Positions 40,186 to 52,560 of a DNA stretch of 64,000 bases are shown piece after piece. Each line of letters opens with the position of its first letter. Position 1 is the first letter of the stretch. The stretch is from Podarcis erhardii (lineage: Eukaryota): assembly GCA_964252035.1 (NCBI GenBank), contig CAXUOO010000116.1; one strand, written 5' to 3'. The position numbers were made by a program, and so were the translations under genes. The notes under the pieces were generated by a model. The model was not told where the DNA came from. It searched no databases and worked only from the letters and a program-made list of their open reading frames with translations.

Positions 40186-43100
40186 CTGTATCTGTGTAAG
40201 GAAGCCTTTCCTTCATGCCTTCACACAATCGTCACTACCCAGATATAAACTTTGTTCAGTGCGGTGTAGAACTATCGGGTCTGCTAATTAAATAGATTTA
40301 CAAGTTATACAACAATAAGTAGCTTCCTTTCCGTATGCTGTATACTGATGTGCTAGACTAATTTTCCAGAATATATCTCAGTGGGTCTCACATGCCAATG
40401 TTTGTCCGTGAATTTACCGATGAACCACATAAATGTATCTATTTTTCGCACTATACACAGACCAAACCATAACTACATACATATATATTTGCTTGCGTAT
40501 TCCGGTAATGCACCAGGTCTGTAGGTTGGCAGGCATGCACAAATAGGTTTTTCACAGTGCATCACTTGCTGCGTTAAAGCAGTAGCAGCGTGTTGCGTGA
40601 ATCTGGAAAGAATATTTCTGAAATCAGTTTCGACAAAAAATATCATAATTCTTCCACTTCGCACACATATGCGTAAAGACCTGAGATACCCTACGTTGGC
40701 TCTCCCATCAGAGTGCTTAAAAAAGCAGGCCACTACTCCGCTCTCGCGGGAGATTATTTAAACCTAGTTTGTATTCGCTTGCATAGTTTGCAACAAAGCA
40801 AGATGATACGCTTCAGGTGCCTCTGTTCTTGAAGCTTCAAAGCGATGAGCTGAATGATGTTAGCGGTCGTTGAGTATATTGTCCGTGTGATGTGCAATGT
40901 GCCATGCATGCATGCGTTTTACTTCAGAATGCATTCGAGCTTTTCGTTCCTACGCAGCCCTTAACTTTCCAGCAACACGCTGGACCTGCATCCAGTCTTT
41001 CTCATGTGTCTTGGTTCGCACAGTTTTCTTTTTCTGTGAATGTTCACATCTTTACTCACAAAGGCTTTCTTTGCATTTCTCTCGTCCTCATTGCGTAGCA
41101 TTGGAGGAAGCAGACCCCATTTTATTATAGTTTTGCAGCGTTCGTACGCTACAAAATGAAAATAAAGAGCCTATGTGGGTATGTGTTATCAGTATTGAGT
41201 CTTTATTTTTGTGTTTTCTGTTAGGTCGCAACGCTTTCTCGATACGCGTCGGAACACACATACATTGCAATGTACGTGTACAGGCATGTCCACAATAGTG
41301 CAATTTGTGTGTGACTTTATGCTATCTGTTGATAAGAGAACGTATAGGCATCCTGAGAATGTTGAAGTGAAAATTTGGTAATTTTGCTTCAGCATATGCC
41401 CTTGACCAGCAGAGTCTACGAACTGCTGCTGATAGAGTACAGTGTTACTTACCAGTCCCTTGCCGTTCACCCGCAATATTTGACTCGCTAGGTTCTCTTT
41501 TGAAACTTTTGTATGATAACGTCACATCCCTCAAGCAATCGCTGCAGCCTGAAAAACTTTCTGAATCTACTTATCCGTGGATAGTCACGCAGCTTTTTGT
41601 TTCAGACTCTCTTTTTTCGAAAATTCTGCTCGATATAATCACTGCTTCTCTTGACTCTTTCCTAAGCCAATAAAATGTGCAGGTGTTTTTAATAAATTAG
41701 TCCCTGAAAATGCGTTTTCCCCAAAATATTCGGGTGGCCAATCGTAAGCTGCTGCAGAGAAACTAAGACACGAGCTGAGCTGCTGCTGCTGTTGCCCCAA
41801 CAGGAAACCGTTGACTTTTCCAGAAACTGTACTACTGCTGTAAAAGGAGCTCTACCACAAATGCACAAGTAACTGACATTGCAGTGTTTCCCAGAAGCGC
41901 TAGAGACCAGTGGTTTCTTTCGCGGTAAGTTTTTGATTTTTCGACTCACACCCTCCGTTAACGCGCATTCCACACATTGTCAGATCGAGATCGTTTTTTC
42001 TATGCGGCTGAGTGGTTCTTTCGTGTTGCTCCTTTCTTCACACTCTGGCTTTCAAAGGTCCCTTCACACCGGGATTTCAGTGTCCGCTTCTCTCACTAAA
42101 ATGCTGCTGACAAGGGCTTTTCTGCATTCTTTTCACGCCTTGCGGCATGCAGCAACTTCTTCATAGCACCACACTCCGTGCACCAGCAGCAGCAGCAGAG
42201 AAATCGTCAACAACAGCTGGAGCTTCACGAGGAAGAGAAGGCGACGCAGCAGCCCCCTCAGCTGGAGCAGCATCAGCAGCAGAGCCAACTTTGAGTGTAG
42301 CCTCAAAAAAGCAGAAAGTTCGAGCAACTTCGGTAGCACCCAGCGCAGAATCGCCGCGTCTGCCAGTCTGCGACGCGACTGCCCCAGCTTCTCAACGAAA
42401 CAGCTTTCTCTGTGTTTTTCCTTCCGCAACGCAGCTCTCAGTGTTTACAGCGGACTGCAAAGCAGCCCCTTTTCCTTGTGTTGTTGTTGCTGCTGTTGCC
42501 AGTGGTTGTTGTGCAAGAGGGGCGTTCGAGTGCAAGCCCCAACTCCTGCTTTGCTTCGTTCAAGCTCCAGCAGATCCAGCAGCAGCCACAGCAGAGCCGT
42601 TGTTGTTTGCTCTCGAAAAACTGGCAGCACAACAAGTCATCATTGCCTCACCACGCATTATTACCACTGTCGCCAGCAGTAGCAGCAGTAGTAGTAGGAG
42701 CAACTGCCACAGACGCCTTCTCACTCGCAACACTGAAAAACGCTGCTGCAACTGACAGCAGCAGCAACAACAAAAGCAGCAGATCCTTTTTCTGCAGACA
42801 AAGTCTGCCACCGGCAACTGCTTCTTCTTCTTCTTCTTCTTCTTCTGCTTCTGCTTCTTCTTCTTCTTCTTCTTCTTCGTGGGTGCTGCTGTTTAGTGGA
42901 GCCCTTTTTCTTGTTCGGCCCAACTTCCAAAGGAAAGTGTCCTGCGTCTGTTCCGCGCCTGTTTTCACTGCTGCGAGTGCCTCTTCTGGTTTGCCTGAGC
43001 CTGCCCGCAATTCGCCTCCTCAAACTTGCAGCAGCAGCAGCTCGAGTAAAAGCAGTTCTCCTAGAAAGTGGAGAAACCCAAGTCGAACTCGAAACCAACG

Positions 43101-43856
43101 TGAAGAACGAGCGACACCACCAACAAGAGTAGTAGCTCGCTTTCCGCTTTCTTGCCTAGTCGCTTTTCTGCTGTCACCACCACCACCAGCACAGCAGGAA
43201 AAGGAGGAAGAGGAGCATTCGCAGCAGCAGCAGCAGCTTCAGCAGTGCAAAAAGAGCCAGCAACTCCTCGTTCTGCTAAAGTAAGTCCTTTTCCTCCTTT
43301 CGTTTCTGCTTCATCTTCTTTCGTCACTACTCCTCCTTTTCCTCCTCCGAGCAGTCCCCTCCTCCACGCTTGCGCTTGGGCGCCCAAATTTGCAGAGAAA
43401 GCGTCTTCACCGCCACTCCAATATCCTCCACCACCCCCACTCCTCCGACGACCGCGATGTGCAGGTGTACGTACACTGGAAGCGAAGCAGAAGAAGACGA
43501 CCACCGCGACTCCTCTGTTTGCCGCGGCCTTCAAAGAAAGAGGAGGAAAAGCAGATTTTCGCAGACACCCCCACTTAGACTGCTTTTTTCACAACAACTA
43601 CAACAACGCCCACCACCACCAGCAGCAGCTGCTGCTACAGTGCAGGAGAGTGTCTACTTTGCAGACACGCAGTGAAGGAGGAGGAGGAAGAATAATCGAC
43701 TCACTGCAGGAGGCCTGTCCCCAGCAGTAGCGGGCTCTTTGGTGGTGGTAAAAGCAGCAGCGTTTTTTTGTGCACTACTACTAGTAGTAGTAGTAGTAGC
43801 GAGAGGCGCAGACTTGAAAATGACCAGTTTTGCAACGCGCGCAGGCCCGACGATGA

Positions 43857-46800
43857 AGGGGCAGAAAAACCACTGGAGCGAAACTTCCCTCAAAGACACG
43901 AGGGGGCGCTTCGACTACTACTGCTGGAAGACGAAGCAGCGTCGACGAAAACAACTCCAGCAAAGAAATCCCAAGTAAACAACACAGCCACTACCACCAC
44001 CACCACCACCACAACAACAGCGACGACGATGAACGCCTGCCTTTTTCTGAAAGTGCAGCCACTGCTTCAGAAGAAGAAGAGGAAGCAGCTGACGTGGCGT
44101 ACTTGCTTCGACGCAGTGAAGAACTGCCACGAGCGGAATTGGAGGCGCTGCTGCAGGACTTTCGAGTCAATCTTCCACACGTCTTTCGCTTCGTGGAAAA
44201 CGACTTCATAGCGGAGCAGCAGCGACGACTGCTTGCAGGTTCAGCAGAGCGCTGTCAAAAGCGAGAAAAGAGCGGGGCGGAAACAACGCCACCAAAAGAA
44301 GAAGAAGAGGGAGAAGGAGATATAACGAGTGGGTTTGAGTTGTTGGAGCCGCATGCGTTTTCCCACGGAAACGGAGAGAGGGGAGACGCTTCTGCAGCTG
44401 TCAGACCCTCGAATGCAAGGGTCTGCTTCTTCTTCTCTGCGAAGAGAGGAAAATCAGAGAGGGGCGCCAGCAGCAACCACACAACGCAGAAGGAGACTGA
44501 GGGAGGGGAGCAGCAGCCGAAGACAGCCGAAAAAGAAGTGGTGCTGTCTCCTACTACTACTACTGCTACTGCTACTATTGCTACTAGTAGTGGAGATCCT
44601 GCTGTGGCTGCGCTTGTTGGAGAAGAAGAAGCGGAGTCTGCGCTGCTGCCAGAAACGAGCATCACTTCTTCGCTCTTCGAAGACCTTTCGCCCTACTCTC
44701 TCAGAGATCTCCGCTTGGTGCTGCGCCTCGTTCTTTTGCATGCTGACCGAATAGACCGAACCACAACCGCACCAGCAGCCACCGCGGAAACTCCCAAAGA
44801 CACCACTGTCTCCTCTCTCACTACTACTACTACTATTTCTACTCCTGCGAATAGCGCTAGTGACTCTGCTGTTGTTCCTGCTAGCACCTCTGTTGCTGAG
44901 TCTGAGTCTTCCGTGTCGATCTCTGCTGGAAAAACAACCAACTCCACGCAGAAGCAGGGAGCAGACACACAGAGGCCAGCCCAACAGCACAAACACTACC
45001 AACAAGAAGAAGAAACAGGAAAAAATTCACTGCTCGAAGAAGTAGCACCATCACCACCACCACCACCACCACTACCATCACCAGTAGGAGTGACTGAGCA
45101 TGCAGCAAAGAAGGAGAAGAGAGAGGAGGCAACAACAACAGCAGCAGCAGGGGAGGGGGGGCCTGTTTGTGTTTCGTCGGTGCGACTCGAAGAGGTGCTG
45201 CAGCAACGCAAGCCAATAGACAAGTCGCTTTTAGAGGCCTTGCCTCGCTACGAACTGCAGGAGTTGCTGCAGCGCTTGGGCAGTTTCCTAGTGCACTTGC
45301 CTTTCGACGACTTCCTCAACACGCCTTCTCTGTTTTCAACCACGACTGAGCAACTCAGAGATCTCGTGGGCTTGGCTCTCGCGCGCATGCTGCAGCGCAC
45401 CTACTCGCCCTCAAACTTGGTCCTCAAACGCCGCCTCACTCGCTGGACTGCTGCGCGTCTTGCGTATTACAATTTCACCTCTGCACAAAAACGAAAACAA
45501 CCAACACAAACACAAGAACGAGAACCACCACAAAAAGGAGAACCACCACCACCACAAAAAGGAGAATCACCACCACCACAAAAAGGAGAATCACCACCAC
45601 CACAAAAAGGAGAATCACCACCACCACAAAAAGGAGAATCACCACCACCACAAAAAGGAGAATCACCACCACCACAAAAAGGAGAACAGTCACTACAAGC
45701 ACACTTCCCACACAGCCACAGAGAGCAGCGGACTTGTTCTGTTGTGTGGAGAGCTGAAGCAGCAGAAAAGGAAGACGGCGTGCAAACTGCCGCTGAACTG
45801 CTGCCAGCGAGTCGAGGAAAGGAGGGAGCCAACAACTCACTCACTTTTTCAGAAAGAAGCTGCTCCCCAACAACCACCACCACCACCACCACCACAGAGG
45901 CAGCAGCAGTAGCGGTAGGAGGAGGAGTAGTAGTAGACAGCGCAGCAGCAGCAGTTGAAGGGCCTTCTTTGCTGGAAGGAAAGGCCACTGCAAAAGAAGC
46001 GAGAGAGAGAGTGGGAAGAAAGAGGGCAGACTCGTCGACAGCAGCCGCCAATGAGGAGAGGAAAGAAGGAAGAAAAAGAAGCGACGAAGAAGCAGAAGAA
46101 GAAGAAAAGGAAGACGTTGGAGGAGGAGGAGAGAGGGAGCCGAGGATTGGTGCTGGGGGAGTGGGAGGAGGGCGACTGGATGCAGCTTCGCTTGCCAAGT
46201 ATGCGAGAGCAATGACTCGCGGAATTTACGGCGTGAAGACTCGTTTTCGTCAGCTCAAGAGCAGCCCCCAAAAAACAAAGGAAGAAAGCAGCGCCAGCAA
46301 CAGCAGCAGCAGTTCGTTTGGTGGTGGTGGTGGTGAGGGAGCAGCAGCAGCGAAGACGACAGAAACTGCAACGCAGACAGACAGCAGAGATTCCAAAGCA
46401 GCCGAAACGAAGGAAGACTCTGCGAAAAATAGTGGTGGTGCGAAAGAAGAGAAAAAAGGAGAAGAAGAGGAAGAAGAAGAGGAAGAGGAAGTGGATGTGG
46501 CAGACCTTGAAGACGAGGAGAGACTGTTGAGTGTGGATGCTGCGACGACTGTGGAAGAAAGCGAAGCAGCAACTGGTGATATGGGATTTGCAGATCGCCT
46601 GGAACTGGAAGGCATTCCACTAGAAGACATGCAGTTGCTGCTGGCGGATCCGTGCGAAATGGGCATGCACAGTCTGCGCGCTGTGCTGAGAAACAGAGAA
46701 AACGCAGCCTTGTTGCCAACAACTTGCAAACTGCTCCAAACAAACAACGCGCTCGACTCCTCGCTTTCCTGGCGACAACTGCGAGACCTTTACTCGCTGC

Positions 46801-49800
46801 TCCTCAGTCGGCTGCGCCACCCCCTCAGCGCCGCCGACAGCTCACTTGGCGAAAAAGAAGAAAAAGAAGAAGAAAAAGAAGAAGAAGAAGAAGAAGAAGA
46901 AGAAGAAAAGCGGGCGAGCTCGCAAGGCGACGTTGAGCAGCCAGTGGGAGTGGAGACAGAAAAGGCGAGTGCTGAGCGAAGTTTGCAGCATCGACTGCTG
47001 AACGTAGCTGAAGCAGAAGCAGAAGCAGCAGTGTTTCACTCTTTTCCTTCTTTCCAGGAAAGTAAGTTGCAGCTTTTCAGTGGAGCTACGCCAGGCAGTG
47101 CGGCTTTTTTGCAGACTTCTGAGCAAGCCAAGCAAAACTCCAGTTGCAACAAAAAGAAGCAGCGAAGAAGAAGGAGAAAGGAGACAGTGAGCGCAGCAGT
47201 TGCAACTGCGCAGCACTTGGGGGGGGGCGCTTGTTTTGCGTTTGGGGAGAAAAGCTGTCTAGAATTCGTGGCTGCGCGCATGCAAGTGCAAAACAAGGCA
47301 CTCGCCACCACCACCACGCAGCAAAAGCGAAGAGAAAAAAAAAACGCTGAACTGCACCAAACAGCAACAGCAGTAACAGCCTCGAAAGTTGTGGAACAAA
47401 CAAACCACGTTGCAGACAAAGGGGGTAACGCAACTGCTGCTTCTGCAACTCAAGTGCACGAAAGAGGAGAGAGTTCGAGAGTTGATGACGCAATAATAGC
47501 AGCAGCAGAAGAAGGAGAAGGAGTGTCGAGAAATAGTCGCAGTAGTTGTTTCGGGCTCTGTTCTGAGAGGCGTGGGTCAGAAGTTGCAGCAGAAAGCACG
47601 AAAAACGACGCAGCAGTTTCAGCAGTAGTAAACGAGTCAGCTTTTCTTCGAGAAAACGGCGCTGAACTGCCACGCAGCCCCCACGAAGCTGAAGCAAAAG
47701 GAGCAGAAACTCCGTTTTCTGCAGTGTTGTGCAGCGAAAGAAGAGAGAAGTCTCGTTGTGGGCAAAAAGAAGAAGATCGAAGGAACAACCGCAAACAGCA
47801 GCAGCCGCTGCCGACGACGACGAGAGCGCCAGTCAACCAGTCGGCAGCACTAGCAACACAACAAGAAGAAGAGAAAGAAGAGAAAGAAGAGAAAAAAGAG
47901 AAAGAAGAGAAAGAAGAGAAAGAAGAGAAAGAAGGAGAAGGAGAAGGAGATGGAGAGGCGTTTTTTTTTGCGGAGGATGAGGGGAGACTGGGAAAAATTT
48001 CACCAACGAGCTCGAACAGCAGGCAGCAACTTGGAGAGGTTTTGAGCGAGGAAAGCGGGAAAAAAGGCGAAAACTCAGACGCTGTGGAGAAAGGGGAGGA
48101 GTGCACCGAAGTCGACGAGGGGAGAGACGCTGCTGGCTCTGGTTGTTTCGTCGCTGAAAAAGCGGAGAAAAAAAGCAACCGCGTTTTCCCTGCTGCTTCC
48201 ACAACCACAAGTGCTTCGCCTGCAGCGTTCGCAACAACAGCCACCACGGTGCGCGCACAAGAGAGAAACGCGGCTTTTTTCGCATCGACGAGTGAAAACG
48301 AAGAAAAAGGAGAAAAAGAAGAAAAACCAGTTGGAGCTTGTTTTGAAGCTGGTGAGAGCGGCTCTTCGGCCTACGTGGGTTTCTTGAGTTTGGGACTTTC
48401 ACCAGCTGTGGCAGCCGCTGCTGTGCGTTTTTTGGGCAGCAAAAACGCAGGGCCCTCGCCTCTGCAGCGAAGGGCGGTTCCTCAACTGCTGCGTTTTCTG
48501 CAGCAACGCCACCACCACCAGCAGCAGCAGCAAAATCAACGCACTCTACACTATTTCACTCACCAACAAGAAGAAGAACAGGAGGAGGAGGTTATGAGAG
48601 CGTCGTCAGCGATTCGAAGAGAAAGAGGAGGTGCAGGGGGTGCTGCGCTGTTGCTGGCTGGGCAAACAGGCAGTGGAAAGACGCTTGCGTATTTGCTGCC
48701 TCTGCTGCAGCTGCTGAAAGCGCAGGAGAAACTCTCGCAGCGTGCACACGCAGCAGCAAAGTGCGCGTCTAGCAGCACGAGAAGAAGAGGCAAAGACGCA
48801 CAAGCAGAAATGCAATCACCACCACCTTTTTCTTCTCTTTCTGCTCTTTCTTTTTGCTCTCCCCAAGAGGAAGAAGAAGCGCAGCTTCGACTGGAGCGCT
48901 TTCGAAGAAGAGCCGCAGCCGCGCCTCGAGCGCTGATTCTCACTCCGACTTGGGAACTGAGTGAACAAGTGGCTAACGTGTTGCAGCGTTTGTGTCAGCC
49001 TCTCTTCTCCACACACAAGAACTCTCTGCTGCACTCCACTGCCCCTGCCTACTCCTCGTGGAAAACAACTGCTGAAACTGCGACTACACAACCACCACCA
49101 CCACCACCTTCACTACCTCAAAAGAACACCACCACCACTATTAGTGCTGTTTCTGCTGCTTTTAACGCGTGTGGGGTTCCTGGTGGTGGGTGCTGGTGGC
49201 AGCGTGGAGTTTACTTGGAAGATTGTCGCTTGTCAGTGTTGAGTCTTTCAGGCGCGAAAGGCCTGGGCCAGCAGCGCAGAGAGTTGCGAGAAAGAGCCGC
49301 CTTTTTGGACGTAGTTGTGGGCACTCCTCCACGCGTAGTTAAGCTGCTCGAGTGGGGTTTGTTGCAGCTGCAGCAACTGCACTTGTTGGTGCTGGACGAA
49401 GCAGACTTGCTGCTCAGTTCGAATGCGGCTGGCTTTTTCAGAGAAATCCAAACTATTCTGCAGCACCACCATTACTATCATCACCAGCAGCAGAAACAGG
49501 CGCGCCGAGTGGCACCAGCAGCACCAGCAGAAGCAGCTCTTTTCGCTGCACCAAGTGCACCCCCTAACGAGGTTGTTTCTACTCGAGCAGAGTCGGCTCC
49601 CCCCTTCTTTTTGCAAAGTTTCCGTTTCTCTGAATCGCCAGCTGCTGCTGTTGTCGCTGTGGCAGCTACTGCTCCGCAGCGACTGCAAGTGGCTCTCGAG
49701 CAGCTGCTGCTGCAGCAGCGGAAACAGAGCTCGCCTGTGCATGCAAACAAAGTCAGTTACTTTTCTCCAGTTACTCAAACAAGTGCAGAAAACAACTCGA

Positions 49801-50270
49801 GTAAGTCAGAGGGCAAATCAGAGCAACTCGCGCCAGCTGCTGCGCTGCTTTCACGAAAGGGGGCTGCTGCAGGCGCACTGCGCAAAACCAGTGCAAAAAA
49901 AACAGCAAAAGTAGAAACAGTAGAAGAAGCAGAAGAAGCAGAAGAAGAAGAAGAAGAAGAAAGAGAAAGGAGACTGCAGCAGCAGAGGCAGTTGGGGGTG
50001 GTTGAAGTGGTGGAAACGGAGGGCCTGCACTTGACTCCGCTCGCTATGAAACACGAAATGGTCGATTTGCAGGGCCGAGACAAGTTGGCGGTGCTGCGGC
50101 AGTTGCTCGCCACGCATCCTCGACTCAAAACAGCGCGAAAAACCCTCATTTTCACCAACTCAGTGGCTGCATGCAGAGTTTGTGAACACACTTTGAAAGA
50201 AGCGCTCGCCACTGCAGCTCCGACAGCCGCTGCGCAGCTAGCATTAGTGCACCAGCAGCAAACTGTGGCT
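43857..50270 (+). CDS. DEAD-box helicase giant exon (N-terminal extension, RecA1 and start of RecA2)
   Basis: Uninterrupted frame from the TGA at 43854-43856 to the donor GCT|GTAAGT at 50271; carries motifs Q to IV and poly-E/A/T/P/Q/S runs. Confidence 0.9.
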
Positions 50271-52512
50271 GTAAGTGTGTCTTGTGCGTGCTAAAAAACT
50301 GAGTTGAATGTGGTCTTTTTCTCTTTGTGGTGTGCGGACAAACATTTCCACTCCAATGAAGAGGTCTCGAGTGTGTCTCCTTGCTGCGACGAAATCTCTA
50401 TATATATAAGTGGCGAAAATGTGTGATTGTGTGTGTGTGTGTGTGGTTGCATACAAGTGACTTCTGCTTTGAGATATTATATGTTGATATGTGTATGTGT
50501 GGTTGTGACTACGCTACTTCATGTATCACTTAGCAGCAACAACTTAGACCCAACCAGGAAAAACGCTTCTGTTTACTCAGCGAAACGGATATTTAATCAT
50601 CCTCACTATGCACTGCGCTACACGTACTACGCTGCTAATTATATGTGTGTATGTGTGTGTGCAATGATGTGTGCGATCATTCAATGTAGAAACATACTTC
50701 CATGCTTATGTCAAAAATATATATATATATATCGTTTGAGAGGAGGGTTGGATGTTTCTGTGCGTACGTGCATTTTTTATACAGACGCGGTTTTTGGGTT
50801 TTTAGGCGAAAGTCGAGCGAGCTATTTGAGTGTGTGTATTAGGGAGATTGAAAGGCATGTATGTGTGTACTTGAAATGGAAGGTCTCAAACACATACGTA
50901 TGTGTATATTTCATATGATGTACAAGTGTGTCTATACAAATCTACGAATCTACAAGTTTGAAAATAGTGAGTAGATTCATTCGCTTCTGTGACTCTAGGA
51001 GATTTGAAGCAGAATCTTGTGCAAGTGTCAGCAGGCAGACACTACTTGCATCGATTTAGATGTGTAAATATATATAGATATGTAAATATATGCTTGCACC
51101 CAACCAGATCAATCTTTCTACATATAGTCCTCTTGTTCTTTGGTGAGTTATGGTGGATGTACCTCACAGAACTACGTGAGAGTCTTTGTGCGCACAAATA
51201 TTCACAGTGCTTGAATTTACATGTGTGTAAATATGTCAGTTGAATCGAAGTATTATATATACCTGCATACGAACGAAGATACACGTTTATCTCTGTACAC
51301 CATTTATACATATAGAAACACGCATGGATACCTATCTTGCTTAAGCACACATAAAATGTGTATATTTCTGTACACCACTTATACATGTAGAAACACGCAT
51401 GGATCCCTATCTTTCTTAAGCACACATAATATGTGTATATTTGTATATTGCTTTTTCATACTTTTGCTGCATTGAATTTCTGCGCAGCTGTGTGTGGACA
51501 AGCCTGATGTTCACTTGACGCGCTGCTCGTTTGTCGAGATCTCTGTTTCGTCTTTTATCGCATTTAGTGTATATGTGAAAAATTTTGGTTTTTTTTTCGT
51601 ATACCTTTTACGTGCAGAGCTGCCACGGCTTGATGCCTCGACAAACGCGTCGCATGCACTTCGATCGCTTTGTGAAGAGCAGCAAGTGCCGCTTTTTGTT
51701 TGTACTGATCTACTCAGTAGAGGACTGGATTTCCCTTGTGTAGATGTCGTTATTTTGTTCGACTTCCCACTTTCTGCTGTAGACTACATTCACCGGTAAA
51801 GTCTTCTTTTTCGCTCTTCATATGTCATTTCGCCCTCTCTATCCCGCTGTCTATAAATATATATATATATATAGATAGATATATATATAGATATAGGTTT
51901 ATATGTGTCTTGATGTGGCAGCTTCTTTGTATAGGTAGTGGCGCAATTGTTACAACTTCTTCGCAAGAATAGTTCGAAAGACATGAGTCTCTTCCATTCT
52001 TGTAGCTGGTCATCCATCTCTCTTCAGTATTATATACATATGCATATATGTATGCAGAAAGTAATCGGCTTTTTCTTTCACAATTTTTATATGTTTGGTC
52101 GTCGTCTCTTCGCTGTAGATAAAGTTCACATTCATTTCCGTGGAAGATTCTCTTTTACTCCTTTATCATCTCGAGTCCGCTTGAGTCGTTTTCTCGCCTT
52201 TTTGGTCTCTTTCTATATTTGTATATGTATAGCGTACATATAGACATACATATACATATATAGATATACATATACATACATATCGTATAGCTTCAAGTTA
52301 CGCTAAATGTAGGTTTTTCACCCGCGCTAATGTTGGTTCCGGCATTGCTCGCTAGACGTACACAGACAAAGTTTCAACAAACTATCTACTGTAGCTGCTC
52401 TTAGTAAGAGGCTGCGATTTTAAAAAAAGTTTATAAAATCTCTTTACATATCTAGGTAGATATAATACCACCAGCAAATAGAGCGTGTACTTTTATTTAT
52501 CACTGCCCCCTT

Positions 52513-52560
<48 letters not shown>

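Noticed and set aside
42412-42520. Apparent signal peptide LFLVLLLLLLPVVVV followed by a Ser-rich stretch (bipartite apicoplast leader)
   Set aside because: No ATG precedes it in frame (stop at 42334), and poly-Leu/Val is what TTG/CTG/GTT repeats give by default; not accepted as targeting evidence
42133-50212. Many minus-strand and off-frame ORFs overlapping the helicase exon (for example 45467-46198 and 47450-48247)
   Set aside because: Shadow ORFs produced by stop-poor triplet repeats; the plus-strand frame carries all the helicase motifs
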